Below, piece after piece: positions 10,541-20,932 of a stretch of 64,000 nucleotides of DNA; the stretch's first letter is position 1, and every line of letters begins with the position of its first letter. The position numbers and the translations under genes are program-made. The notes below the pieces were generated by a model. It ran no database searches. It worked only from the letters and a program-made list of their open reading frames with translations, and had not been told where the DNA came from. The DNA comes from Chloroflexota bacterium (GTDB taxonomy: Bacteria; Chloroflexota; Dehalococcoidia; Lucifugimonadales; Lucifugimonadaceae). The stretch lies in assembly GCA_002714425.1 (NCBI GenBank), contig PAXI01000005.1, positions 100,877-164,876 of the forward strand, in the 5' to 3' direction.

Positions 10541-11319
10541 TGATTATTGATACTCATTGTCATGCTGGTAAAAATTGGTTCCTTCCTATAGAATCCCTAG
10601 AATTTGAGATGAAAAAGTCTAAGGTTGATGCTGCGCTTTTAGTTCAGCATGGAGGGAATTATGATAATGAATACATAATTAACCAATCCGAAAAAAATCC
10701 TAAAAAATTTAAGTGCGTAGTACTAATTGACCCAGATGAAAAAAAACCAATCACTAAACTAGAAAAACTTAAAGAAAAAAAAATTTCTGGTTTAAGATTA
10801 TTCCCTAATAGTGTTTTTTCAAATTTATCTAATCAAAATGAAATTTGGTCAAAATCAGGCGAGATGAATATTTTAATTAGCTGTCAACCGTATTCTTCTG
10901 AAGAAAGTTTCTACGAAAAAGAATTCATAAATATTGTCGAAAATAATCCCCAAACAACTATTATTATTGAACACTTAGGAGGCATTGGTATAAATGGATC
11001 ACTAAAAAGTTTCAATAAATTCCTAGACATTGCGCAATATCCAAATATATATATTAAAGTTCCAGGTTTGGGAGAAGTTTTAGATAGGCCTAAAATATTG
11101 AAACCCGAATTTTCTTTTCAAAAAAATTCTGAGTATTTTGGACGAACTTTAGAAGCGTTTGGTTCGGATAGGATGATGTGGGGAAGTGATTACCCTCCAA
11201 GTGCAGGAAGAGAAGGGTATTATAATACAATTTTAGGCATTACAGACAACCCAATATTTTCAGAAATGGACGTCAAAAATATTATGGGATTAACAGCAAA
11301 AAAGTTGTTAAGTTTATAA
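10540..11319 (+). CDS. Amidohydrolase_2 family protein (lactonase-like)
   Basis: IIDTHCH, GLR, IEHLG, FGSDRMMWGSDYP. Confidence 0.9.
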   Translation: MIIDTHCHAGKNWFLPIESLEFEMKKSKVDAALLVQHGGNYDNEYIINQSEKNPKKFKCVVLIDPDEKKPITKLEKLKEKKISGLRLFPNSVFSNLSNQNEIWSKSGEMNILISCQPYSSEESFYEKEFINIVENNPQTTIIIEHLGGIGINGSLKSFNKFLDIAQYPNIYIKVPGLGEVLDRPKILKPEFSFQKNSEYFGRTLEAFGSDRMMWGSDYPPSAGREGYYNTILGITDNPIFSEMDVKNIMGLTAKKLLSL

Positions 11320-11398
11320 TGACAAATTTTCGCTTTCAATAAGTAACGAAAAGATATATATTCTCGAGTAAAATATAAATATATCATTTTTTATTATC

Positions 11399-12673
11399 AT
11401 GAATTTTAAACCTGTAAATAAACTTCCAAACATGGAAGACATCTCTTCTGAAATTATACAGAACAGAAATCGCATACTATATGAATTAGGATCTTTCATA
11501 AATTTATATGGATATGATCAAGTTGAAACACCTATAATTGAAGAAACTGAATTATTCATTAGAAAATCTGGCGGGGAATTGTCTAATAAGTTGTACTCCT
11601 TTGTCGAACCAGGAGGTAATAATGTAAGCCTTCGTCCTGAAATCACATCAGGTTTAGTCAGAACAGCAAATCAAAAAATTAATACTTCTAAAAATCTTAG
11701 ATTTTATTACAGTGGGCCAGTTTTTCGTTACTCCCCGCCAGATGGAATATATGCTAATAAATCAAGGCAATATACACAATTTGGAGCAGAACTTTTCGGT
11801 TCAAAGTCTATACATTCTGATGCAGAAATTTTATCTATTGCCATAAAAGGCCTTAATAAAATTGGTATAAAAAATCCAAAGATTTGTATATTTAATATGA
11901 AAATAATTAATGAAATTCTTTCAATTTTTAATATTTCAGATAGAGGTAGATTATTTTTAATTAAGAATGTCGAAATTATAAAAAGGTTACCAAATAAAGA
12001 AATTTTAAATAAAGCAAAATCTATAGGAATAATAAAAAATAATAAAATTGAGAAAAATAAAACACACTCTAAAGATTCTGTTAATGGCCTGGTTGGTCGA
12101 AGAACAAAAGCTGATATTCTAAGTAGGATTAAATTGAAAGAAACTTTTTTTGACGAAAAAGAAAGATTTCTATCAGCTCTAAAGTTTGTAAAAAAAATGT
12201 ATGCAATATCTGGAACTCCTGATAAATCATTAAGCAAATTCACAAAATTAATAAATAATTATGATGAAGAGTTTAAAGTATTCTCTAATTACTTTACAGA
12301 CCTTCTTGACGCATTAAAGATTGAGAAAATAAATATTTCAAATATCATTTTTGACTTTGGTCTGTCTAAAAGTATCTCATATTATAATGGATTAATTTTT
12401 GACATTTTTGTTAATGATAAGTCTTTTGACTCTATTGCTAGTGGTGGAAGATATGATGATCTTAATAAAATTTTAGGTTATAAAAATAATTTACCCGCTC
12501 TTGGATTTGCATATAATATTGATGAAATAATAAAAATACTCAAAATTGAAGAAGAAAAAGTTTCAGAAAAAATTTTAATACAAACCAATGATAATAATAT
12601 TAAAGAAATAATAAATAAAGCTAACACAGCTAGGGAATCGGGTCGTAGATCATATGTGGAGTATATAGACTGA
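11399..12673 (+). CDS. hisZ: ATP phosphoribosyltransferase regulatory subunit (HisRS-like)
   Basis: LRPEIT, YYSGPVFR, QFGAE, YYNGLIF, GGRYD; directly upstream of a short-form hisG. Confidence 0.85.
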   Translation: MNFKPVNKLPNMEDISSEIIQNRNRILYELGSFINLYGYDQVETPIIEETELFIRKSGGELSNKLYSFVEPGGNNVSLRPEITSGLVRTANQKINTSKNLRFYYSGPVFRYSPPDGIYANKSRQYTQFGAELFGSKSIHSDAEILSIAIKGLNKIGIKNPKICIFNMKIINEILSIFNISDRGRLFLIKNVEIIKRLPNKEILNKAKSIGIIKNNKIEKNKTHSKDSVNGLVGRRTKADILSRIKLKETFFDEKERFLSALKFVKKMYAISGTPDKSLSKFTKLINNYDEEFKVFSNYFTDLLDALKIEKINISNIIFDFGLSKSISYYNGLIFDIFVNDKSFDSIASGGRYDDLNKILGYKNNLPALGFAYNIDEIIKILKIEEEKVSEKILIQTNDNNIKEIINKANTARESGRRSYVEYID

Positions 12674-12675
12674 TT

Positions 12676-13413
12676 ATGGCAAATTTACGAATAGCAATCC
12701 CTTCTACCGGAGCATTATATGAAGACTCCATAAATTTTTTGGAGAAGAAAAATCTAAAAATCAATAGGTTGAATTCAAGAAAATATACTGCTGACATACC
12801 CTCATTAAGTAATGTTCGTGTCCTTTTCCAGAGACAATCGGATATTACTATGGAGTTAGACAACGATAGTGCAGATATTGGAATTGTTGGACTAGATAGA
12901 TATTATGAATCAAGATTAGAAAAAGGTAGTCTTGAAATTATGGATAAAAACTTAGGTTTCGGTCACTCAAAATTAGTAATTGCCATTCCGAACTCTTGGA
13001 TAGATGTCAAGTCTATGTTTGACCTTGCAGATGTATCTCTCGAGTTTAGGAAAAAGGGCAGAAATATGCGAATCGCAACAAAATATCCAAGATTAGTAAA
13101 TCGTTTCTTGTATACAAGTGATGTAAATTTTATTGACATTGTTCATATTTCTGGAGGTTTAGAGGCTGCTCCTATAATGGGATATGCAGATATAATAGCT
13201 GATATAACTGCTACCGGTACTACTTTACGAGAGAATGACTTAAGAATAATTGATGACGGAGTAGTAATTGAATCTCAAGCTATAATGATTTGTAATTATG
13301 ATTCAATCTTGGCTGATGATGAAAAAATTAAAATTTTTCATACTTTATACGAAAGAATTACAAATAAATCTTCAAAAGCTTTCGTTGGTAAAATAAGAAA
13401 TAAGAAAGTCTAA
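12676..13413 (+). CDS. hisG: ATP phosphoribosyltransferase (short form)
   Basis: LRIAIPSTG, ADIGIVGLD, IATKYP, EAAPIMGYADIIADITATGTTLREN. Confidence 0.95.
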   Translation: MANLRIAIPSTGALYEDSINFLEKKNLKINRLNSRKYTADIPSLSNVRVLFQRQSDITMELDNDSADIGIVGLDRYYESRLEKGSLEIMDKNLGFGHSKLVIAIPNSWIDVKSMFDLADVSLEFRKKGRNMRIATKYPRLVNRFLYTSDVNFIDIVHISGGLEAAPIMGYADIIADITATGTTLRENDLRIIDDGVVIESQAIMICNYDSILADDEKIKIFHTLYERITNKSSKAFVGKIRNKKV

Positions 13414-13418
13414 TTATT

Positions 13419-14735
13419 ATGAAATATATAACTAAACTAAAAGACGCTATTGCTTTTTTTGAAGATGAGAGAGTAATAAACAACAATAATATTCTTTCGG
13501 ATGGAAATGGTTTATTTCCAAAAAAATATTTACCGTCTTATTTTGTAAAAAAAATTGATGAAATAGTTAAGAAAGAGGGAGATGAAGGCCTAAGAAGAAT
13601 TTCTACCCACTTAGATAATAATAATCTATTTGATTTTGAAATACCAAAAAATGAAATCATAAAATCTATAAAATCATTAAATAAAGACGAACTAAGGGCA
13701 ATAAGCAAGGCTATAGAAAGGGTAACTGATTATCAAAAAAAATTATTGATCAATACTTGGATGAATGAAGATCAAACAATTGGAGAAAAAATTATTCCGA
13801 TGGAATCATCTTTAGCTTATGTTCCATCGGGCACTGCTCCATTGATATCCACTGCAATAATGACTATTGTGCCCGCAAAAGTAGCAGGTGTTAAAAATAT
13901 TTATGTAACTACTCCTGCTGATGAAAATTCAAAAGTATCTGAAAAAATTCTTGCTGCTTCTTATTTGTCTGGGGCTGATCGAATATTCAAGATAGGTGGG
14001 GCACAGGCAATTTCTGCTTTTGCTCATGGGACTGAACTTATTCCAAAAGTAGATATTATTTGTGGCCCTGGAAATCTTTGGGTAACTGCTGCAAAAAAAC
14101 ATGTTTATGGCGATGTTGGGATTGATGGATTATATGGCCCAACTGAAACCTTGGTCATCATTGATGAAAATTCTGACCCAGATTATGCTGCAGCCGACCT
14201 CATAGCTCAGGCTGAGCATGATGTAAGTGCTATGCCAATATTAATATCTAATTCAGAGATAGCAATAAACAATGTTAATAAATCGATAAAAAATCAGGTT
14301 AGAAATTTAGAAAGAAGTTCAATAATTAAGAAATCTTTTGAGAACAGGGGGGTAACAATTTATCTGCGTAACTTAGATGATATAGTTACTATCACAAATT
14401 ATATTGCCCCTGAACATTTATGTATAGCAACAAAAAAACCAGAAAAAATATTTAACAAAATTACAAACGCCGGGGCAATTTTTATGGGGGAATGGTCTGC
14501 CGAAGTAATGGCAGATTATATTGCAGGCCCTTCACATGTTATGCCTACCTCAGGAACTGCTAAATTCTCATCATCTTTATCTGTTCGGAATTTTCTGAAA
14601 TATGTACCTGTTCTAAACTTCAAAGAATCTACTTTTAGTAAATTAGCTATAGATGCTGAACTTATTGCACAAATGGAAAACTTGAGCGGACACGCAAATG
14701 CTGCAAAAATAAGAATTGAAAAGTCCAATGGATAA
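13419..14735 (+). CDS. hisD: Histidinol dehydrogenase
   Basis: PAKVAGV, GGAQAI, GPGN, QAEHD, APEHL, GPSHVMPT. Confidence 0.97.
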   Translation: MKYITKLKDAIAFFEDERVINNNNILSDGNGLFPKKYLPSYFVKKIDEIVKKEGDEGLRRISTHLDNNNLFDFEIPKNEIIKSIKSLNKDELRAISKAIERVTDYQKKLLINTWMNEDQTIGEKIIPMESSLAYVPSGTAPLISTAIMTIVPAKVAGVKNIYVTTPADENSKVSEKILAASYLSGADRIFKIGGAQAISAFAHGTELIPKVDIICGPGNLWVTAAKKHVYGDVGIDGLYGPTETLVIIDENSDPDYAAADLIAQAEHDVSAMPILISNSEIAINNVNKSIKNQVRNLERSSIIKKSFENRGVTIYLRNLDDIVTITNYIAPEHLCIATKKPEKIFNKITNAGAIFMGEWSAEVMADYIAGPSHVMPTSGTAKFSSSLSVRNFLKYVPVLNFKESTFSKLAIDAELIAQMENLSGHANAAKIRIEKSNG

Positions 14736-15825
14736 TATATCAAAAAAAATAAGAAAACATCTAAGAATTGTTAAGACTTATGAAGGTGTTGATTCTAATA
14801 CAAATTTGTCAAAAAAATCTGGAATACCAACAAAAAATCTTATTCGGCTAAACGCTAATGAAAATCCTTATGGAACGATTAGTGAAGTTAAGAATTCTCT
14901 TCAAGGTATTGCCCTTCACGAATACCCAGATCCAGAACAAAAAACTATACGCAAAGCCATTTCAGAATATGTTAACCTTCCTGATAATTTAATTATTGCA
15001 GGAGCTGGTGGTGATGAAATAATTGATCTTATACTAAGATTATTCATTAATGAAAAAGATGAAGTTATTGATTGTATTCCTACTTTTGGCATGTATAATT
15101 TTGCTGCAAAACTATCAAATTCTTCCATTGTCTCAATTCCTAGAAATAATAACTGGGAATTAGATATAAAAAAAATAATATCTAAAATAACCGATAAAAC
15201 AAAAGTGATTTTTATAGCATCTCCCAATAATCCAACTGGGAATTTGGCTCAAGAAGATCAAATAATTGACCTTCTTGAAACTGGAATAATTGTATGTTTA
15301 GATGAAACTTACTTTGAATTTTCAAATTTTTCTTTTTTACACCTATTATCTAAATATAACAATTTAATTATTATTAGATCTTTTAGTAAATGGGCTGGCA
15401 TAGCTGGTCTAAGAGTAGGATATGCAATTAGTTCTGAAATAATTACTAAACATCTTATGGATATTAAGCAACCTTATAACATAAATGTTGCAGCAGAAAA
15501 CGCAGTAATACAAACACTAAATTATAAGGATAAATTGTTTGAAAATGTAAAAAAACTCATGGACGAAAAAATAAGATTAGAAGAGCACATAAAAGGATGT
15601 CAAAACATTACATCCTTTCCATCCCAAGCTAATTTTATCCTCTGTAAATTTTCAGGATTCAGTAGTGAAAAAATTTATGACATTTTTGCCGCTGAAGGTA
15701 TATTTACAAGAAAGTTTGATCAAAAAATGCTTGAAAATTGTATAAGAATAAGTGCCGGTACACCAGAGCAAACAGATAAAGTAATAAGTGTGATAAATAA
15801 AATTGAAAAAAGTAATTATATCTAA
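14728..15825 (+). CDS. hisC: Histidinol-phosphate aminotransferase
   Basis: LNANENP, SPNNPTG, DETYFEF, RSFSKWAGIAGLRVGY; ATG at 14728 preferred over TTG at 14716. Confidence 0.96.
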   Translation: MDNISKKIRKHLRIVKTYEGVDSNTNLSKKSGIPTKNLIRLNANENPYGTISEVKNSLQGIALHEYPDPEQKTIRKAISEYVNLPDNLIIAGAGGDEIIDLILRLFINEKDEVIDCIPTFGMYNFAAKLSNSSIVSIPRNNNWELDIKKIISKITDKTKVIFIASPNNPTGNLAQEDQIIDLLETGIIVCLDETYFEFSNFSFLHLLSKYNNLIIIRSFSKWAGIAGLRVGYAISSEIITKHLMDIKQPYNINVAAENAVIQTLNYKDKLFENVKKLMDEKIRLEEHIKGCQNITSFPSQANFILCKFSGFSSEKIYDIFAAEGIFTRKFDQKMLENCIRISAGTPEQTDKVISVINKIEKSNYI

Positions 15826-16430
15826 TGAACAAATCAACGAATCGAAAAGCAAAAATTTCTCGAGAAACCTCTGAAAGTAATATATCTGTATCTATAAATT
15901 TAGATGGTACTGGTAAATCTAGTATTGATACTCCTCTTGGATTTTTCAAACATATGTTAAATCAAATTTCTAGTCATGGATTAATAGATCTAGATATTTC
16001 TGCAAATGGAGATCTTGAAACAGGCACACACCATACTATTGAAGATACTGCGATAGCATTAGGAAGAGCAATTGATTCTGCCCTAGGAGACAGAAAAGGT
16101 ATAATTCGCATGTCCAACAAAATTTGCCCGCTTGATGAATCATTATCTCAAGTAGTTATTGATCTTTCAGGAAGAGGTTATTCAGTTGTAGATATGATGT
16201 TGCCTAATAATATTGGAGAATTCCCAACTGATATGGTTAGACATTTTTTTGAAACTCTAGCTGTAGAAGGTAGATTTTGTTTGCACCTAAGTGTTATTAA
16301 GGGTGAAAATGAGCACCACATTATCGAATCGGCTTTTAAAGCTTTTGCTAGGGCGTTACGAGAAGCTTCTACAATAGACCCAAGATTACCAAACATTATA
16401 CCTAGTAGTAAGGGTACTCTTACAAAGTAG
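15825..16430 (+). CDS. hisB: Imidazoleglycerol-phosphate dehydratase
   Basis: HHTIED, PLDESL, DLSGR, NEHHIIESAFKA, PSSKG. Confidence 0.97.
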   Translation: MNKSTNRKAKISRETSESNISVSINLDGTGKSSIDTPLGFFKHMLNQISSHGLIDLDISANGDLETGTHHTIEDTAIALGRAIDSALGDRKGIIRMSNKICPLDESLSQVVIDLSGRGYSVVDMMLPNNIGEFPTDMVRHFFETLAVEGRFCLHLSVIKGENEHHIIESAFKAFARALREASTIDPRLPNIIPSSKGTLTK

Positions 16431-16680
16431 TTGTATTACTTATAATTTCATAACTATATGTTTCAATAATAGGATTTGTAATTATATTGTCGCAAATATT
16501 TTCAATTATTTTAACAACTTCTTTTTCTTCATCACTATTTATTTTTATCTCAAAATATTTCCCACTTCTAAGAGAATCTATTTGCTTGTGATCTAACCTG
16601 TGAAGAGCCTCTAGAATTGTTTGACCTTCTGGGTCATTCACGGTAGATTTTAGTTTTACTTGTACTTTTACTAAAAACAT
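16420..16680 (-). CDS. purS: Phosphoribosylformylglycinamidine synthase subunit PurS
   Basis: LKSTVNDPEG, RSGKYFEI, NPIIETY; pur operon context. Confidence 0.93.
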   Translation of the reverse strand: MFLVKVQVKLKSTVNDPEGQTILEALHRLDHKQIDSLRSGKYFEIKINSDEEKEVVKIIENICDNIITNPIIETYSYEIISNTTTL

Positions 16681-16682
16681 GA

Positions 16683-17360
16683 CTAATAAAGATTATACCT
16701 TATCGTTTGAGGCCCTCTATCTTGATATTCATCTATAAATAACTTGATTTTTTCTATATCAACATTATCAAGTAATAGATGGTGCCTCCATGCAGTAATA
16801 GCTATTTTTTTTGGCATATAAGAATGAGGTGACATAATGTATTGTGCAGAATCAATAGGAATTATATCTTTCAACTCACTAACTATCTCTGGACATTCTT
16901 CTGGACAATAGTAATGCAAACCTATTCCACCTACTTCTAGGTTTTGAATCAATATTTCAGGAATTATTTCATAATCATAAATTCCCCAGCGAGCTGGAGA
17001 AGGTATTCCAAATGGAGTCTCTGGAGCATTCCAGTGCGGTCCAGAAGTCGGAGGATTAGTCGAATATTCTCCCTGATACCCAACCCCTGTTTCTAGTTCT
17101 TTTCTTCCGTCATTTGGATCTAACGGCAAATGACCAGAAGTATTTATGCCTTTAGGATTAGAATTATTAGAATTGGTATTAGGAGACAAAACTAATGAAG
17201 CAATAAATAAGATTGCTAACAAAATACCAAAAAACATAATAATTGATCTTTTCTTACGAGCTCTATTTTTACTTCTCTCCCTTCTTTCTTCTCTTATTTG
17301 AGCCTTTGACATTCCACGTCTTTCAGGGGGGCGGGTAGAAGCCTTTCTATTCTCTTTCAT
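16683..17360 (-). CDS. DUF3105-like membrane-anchored protein
   Basis: Basic N-terminus, one TM helix, NPPTSGPHW, WGIY, IAITAW. Confidence 0.8.
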   Translation of the reverse strand: MKENRKASTRPPERRGMSKAQIREERRERSKNRARKKRSIIMFFGILLAILFIASLVLSPNTNSNNSNPKGINTSGHLPLDPNDGRKELETGVGYQGEYSTNPPTSGPHWNAPETPFGIPSPARWGIYDYEIIPEILIQNLEVGGIGLHYYCPEECPEIVSELKDIIPIDSAQYIMSPHSYMPKKIAITAWRHHLLLDNVDIEKIKLFIDEYQDRGPQTIRYNLY

Positions 17361-17373
17361 TAATTACCTATTT

Positions 17374-18269
17374 CTAACTAGTAAGTCTCTTAAAAGATTC
17401 CAAATATCTTTTTTTTGTATCATTTATTATTTTATTTGGGATTTTCGGAGGAGGATATGTCAAATCCCAGTTAGATTTTAACAGCCATTCTCTCAAAAAT
17501 TGTTTATCAAATGCTGGAGGAAATTTACCCACAACATAATCATCTTTATCCCAATACCTACTTGAATCTGGAGTCAATAATTCATCAATTAATATAACTC
17601 ATCATCTAAAATTCCAAATTCAAATTTTGTGTCAACTAATATCATACCTTTTTCTTTTGATAAATCATGTGCAAAATTATAAATTTCTATACTTTTTTTT
17701 TCTAAAAACTTATACATTTCATGCCCAACTAAATTTTTCCCATCTTTTTCTGATAATGGAACATCATGGCCAGTTTCTGCTTTTGTAGAGGGAGTAAAAA
17801 TAGGGTGATCGAATTTTTCTGCTGGAGAAAGTTTCTTATTAATATGCTTCCCATTTATTGTATTATTATTTTTATACTCGCTCCATGCAGAACCTGCTAT
17901 GTATCCACGAACAATACATTCTATATCTAGCCTTTTTGCCTTTTTTACAATCATTGATCTTTTTTTTATATCTCTATCAATATGATTTTCGAATAAATTC
18001 ATATCTATATCTTCTCTGTTTTTTAGATCATCTACACTACATACAAAGTGATTTGGAATAATATGTTTAGTTTTTTCTAGCCAGAATTTTGACATTAAAT
18101 TTAGGATCTCACCCTTACCAGGAACAGCCTCATTCATTACAACATCAAAAGCTGAAATTCTATCAGTTGACACCATCATAATATATTCATCATTAATAAA
18201 ATAAGTATCTCGAACTTTTCCTGAATAAAGATGATTAGGAAGATCGGTTTTTACTACTATTGAACCCAA
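17374..18269 (-). pseudogene. purC: SAICAR synthetase split by a 1-nt frameshift (pseudogene or sequencing error)
   Basis: The 5' ORF has SGKVRD, TDRISAFD, ECIVRGY, FTPSTKA and DTKFEFG, then stops at 17589. Another frame continues ILIDELLTPDSSRYW..FDKQFLR. One added base near 17596 restores the full protein. Confidence 0.9.
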
Positions 18270-18271
18270 AA

Positions 18272-19573
18272 TTATCTTATTCCTAAACGATTATATATTT
18301 CATTTACATGTTCAAGATAAAAATTATAATCAAATAAACTATTTAATTCATCCTTATCGATAACAGAAAGTACTTTTCTATCTTTTAGTAATAAATCTCT
18401 GAAATCTAAGTTCTTATCCCAAGTTTCCATAGAGTGTCTTTGAACAATATCATAGGCATCATCCCTATCTAATCCATTTTCAACTAATTTCAACATTACT
18501 CTTGGAGAAAAAACCAGTCCGCGATTTGACTCAAGATTTTCTAGCATTCGATCGGGATATACAACCATATCCTTAATAATTCCAATGGTCAGGTGCAAAA
18601 TATAGTCTAATGCAATTGAAGAGTCGGGTAATATTAGTCTTTCAGCAGAAGAATGAGAAATATCTCTTTCATGCCATAAAGAAACATTTTCAAGAGCTGT
18701 GATAGAATGCCCCCTAATTAATCTAGATAATCCGCAAATTCTTTCTGATAATTCAGGGTTTCTTTTATGTGGCATAGATGATGACCCTTTAGTTACATAT
18801 CCAGGGGTGCCAAATGGCTCTTCTAATTCTCTTACTTCTGTACGCTGCAAGCCTCTTATCTCAGTAGCAATTTTTTCTAGTGAAGCGGCAATTAATGCTA
18901 GAACTTGAATATATTCTGCGTGTCTATCTCTTTGTATTACTTGGTTTGTTATTGGATCTATGGAAATCCCAAGTTTTTCACATACTTTTTCCTCAATATC
19001 TGGCGGAATTGAAGAAAAATTTCCTACCGGTCCAGAAAGCATGCCTACTGAAACTCTACCTTTTACAGATTCTAAACGTAACTTGTGTCTTTTAAATTCT
19101 GCGTACCAAAGAGCTAGCTTCAAACCAAAACTCATGGGTTCTGCATGTATACCATGAGATCTACCTATACAAGGAGTATTCTTAAATTCAATAGCTCTTT
19201 TTCTAAGATTGCTTAAGAGATTATCAATAAGATTAAGAATTATTTCTGTAGATTGAGTTAATTGAAGACTCAAAGCAGTATCTTTTATGTCATTAGATGT
19301 GAGCCCATGATGAATCCATCTTTTTTCAACGCCTAAAGATTCCCCAACAGAACGCGTAAATGAAACAATATCATGCTTTGTTTCAGCAAAAAAGTTTTCA
19401 TAAATTTCTCTACTAAACTTTGCTTTTCTAATCTTTTTTATATCTTTTGAACTAATAACTCCTTTTTCATGCCAAGCCTCTGAAGCTGCGATTTCAATCT
19501 GAAGCCATAAATCAAACATATTGTCATCAGACCACACTTTATCCATCTCTTCACGGGAATATCTAGGAATCAT
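18272..19573 (-). CDS. purB: Adenylosuccinate lyase
   Basis: HHGLTSND, GRSHGIHAEP, signature GSSSMPHKRNP, WHERDISHSSAER. Confidence 0.98.
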   Translation of the reverse strand: MIPRYSREEMDKVWSDDNMFDLWLQIEIAASEAWHEKGVISSKDIKKIRKAKFSREIYENFFAETKHDIVSFTRSVGESLGVEKRWIHHGLTSNDIKDTALSLQLTQSTEIILNLIDNLLSNLRKRAIEFKNTPCIGRSHGIHAEPMSFGLKLALWYAEFKRHKLRLESVKGRVSVGMLSGPVGNFSSIPPDIEEKVCEKLGISIDPITNQVIQRDRHAEYIQVLALIAASLEKIATEIRGLQRTEVRELEEPFGTPGYVTKGSSSMPHKRNPELSERICGLSRLIRGHSITALENVSLWHERDISHSSAERLILPDSSIALDYILHLTIGIIKDMVVYPDRMLENLESNRGLVFSPRVMLKLVENGLDRDDAYDIVQRHSMETWDKNLDFRDLLLKDRKVLSVIDKDELNSLFDYNFYLEHVNEIYNRLGIR

Positions 19574-19639
19574 TTTTTTTCTCCAAAAGTTTTTATATCA
19601 CTTCTTAATTATCTACATTACAAATTACAATAAAATAAG

Positions 19640-20932
19640 TTATTTGTCATTTATAGCTCTTTTTCCGATATCTTTTCTATAAAAAGAATTTTTAAAACTA
19701 ATTTTTTTAATACCTTTGTATGAGTGTTTTATCGCCTCTTCCATACTGGATCCTTCTCCTACAACTCCGATTACTCTTCCCCCATTAGTAAATATTTTTT
19801 TGTCCACTTTTTTTGTGCCAGAGTGGATAATATTATAATCTCTTGCATTTTCTAGTCCACTGATCAATTTACCTGTTTCATAATCTCCTGGATAACCATC
19901 TGCTGTCATCATGACAAAGCAAAAATTTTTATTGTTCCAAACAACTTTATTTGGGTCAAAATGGTTTTTTGAAATATCCATGCAAATTTCGAATAAATCA
20001 GAATCAAGCTTAGACATCAAAATCTGTGTTTCAGGGTCTCCAAATCTGCAGTTATACTCAATAACCTGTGGACCAGTTTTTGTAACCATTATGCCTATAT
20101 AAAGCAATCCTGAATAACTGGAGTTTTCTAATTCTAAAGCGTTTATAGTAGGGTATAGAATTTCATCTTTAATTTTATCTTCTAATTTTTTATCCCAAAA
20201 CTCTGGAGGCGAATATGCCCCCACGCCACCAGTATTAGGACCTTTATCATTTTCAAAAATCCGCTTATAATCACAAACAGCTGCCAATTCAGAGGAGTTA
20301 TCACCATCAACGAAAGCAAAAACACTAACTTCCGGACCAAAAATTCTGTCTGAAATAAGAAGTTTAGAATTATGTGAACCAAAAATTTTTTTTTCTATTA
20401 TAGCTTCAATAGTTTTGTTAATTTCGTCTTCTGTCTTTGGAAGAAAAACTCCTTTTCCTCCAGCTAAACCATCTGCCTTCAAGACCAAATCATTAGGATT
20501 GAAATTTCGTGCGTAATTTTGTGCCAATTCAGACTTTTCAAAAACTTCAGATTTTGGACAAGGGATATTATATTTTTTCATAAGTTTATATGCCCATATT
20601 TTTGAACCTTCAATTCTTGAAGCATTCTTTGAAGGACCAAAAATATTTAAACCTTTTTTCTTAAACTTATCTACTATACCATCAACTAAAGGTTGTTCAG
20701 GTCCAACGATTGTAAGGTCAATATTTTCAGTCGAAACAAAACTAATCAAATCATCCAAATTTGATAAATCAATATTTACATTAAAAATATTTAATTTAGC
20801 ATTAGAAATACCTCCATTACCGGGACAAACAAAAGTTTTATAAATATTATTACTGCTAGAAATTTTTTTTACTAGGGCATGTTCTCGTCCACCTGAACCT
20901 AAAATAAGAATGTTGTTTTTTCTATTGATCAT
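19640..20932 (-). CDS. purD: Phosphoribosylamine--glycine ligase
   Basis: GSGGREHA, VGPEQPL, KADGLAGGKGV, GPNTGG, RFGDPETQ, TNGGRV. Confidence 0.98.
   Translation of the reverse strand: MINRKNNILILGSGGREHALVKKISSSNNIYKTFVCPGNGGISNAKLNIFNVNIDLSNLDDLISFVSTENIDLTIVGPEQPLVDGIVDKFKKKGLNIFGPSKNASRIEGSKIWAYKLMKKYNIPCPKSEVFEKSELAQNYARNFNPNDLVLKADGLAGGKGVFLPKTEDEINKTIEAIIEKKIFGSHNSKLLISDRIFGPEVSVFAFVDGDNSSELAAVCDYKRIFENDKGPNTGGVGAYSPPEFWDKKLEDKIKDEILYPTINALELENSSYSGLLYIGIMVTKTGPQVIEYNCRFGDPETQILMSKLDSDLFEICMDISKNHFDPNKVVWNNKNFCFVMMTADGYPGDYETGKLISGLENARDYNIIHSGTKKVDKKIFTNGGRVIGVVGEGSSMEEAIKHSYKGIKKISFKNSFYRKDIGKRAINDK

Noticed and set aside
11728..12243. 171-aa antisense ORF inside hisZ, and the many other 60-120 aa antisense ORFs
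   Set aside because: Fully nested opposite well-supported genes, with the composition expected of reverse-strand shadows
11399..12673. Histidine--tRNA ligase (hisS)
   Set aside because: Position before a short hisG, degenerate HisRS motifs and a reduced anticodon domain favour HisZ
17585..17605. Programmed ribosomal frameshift in purC
   Set aside because: No slippery heptamer, homopolymer or stimulatory structure evident; mutation or error is simpler
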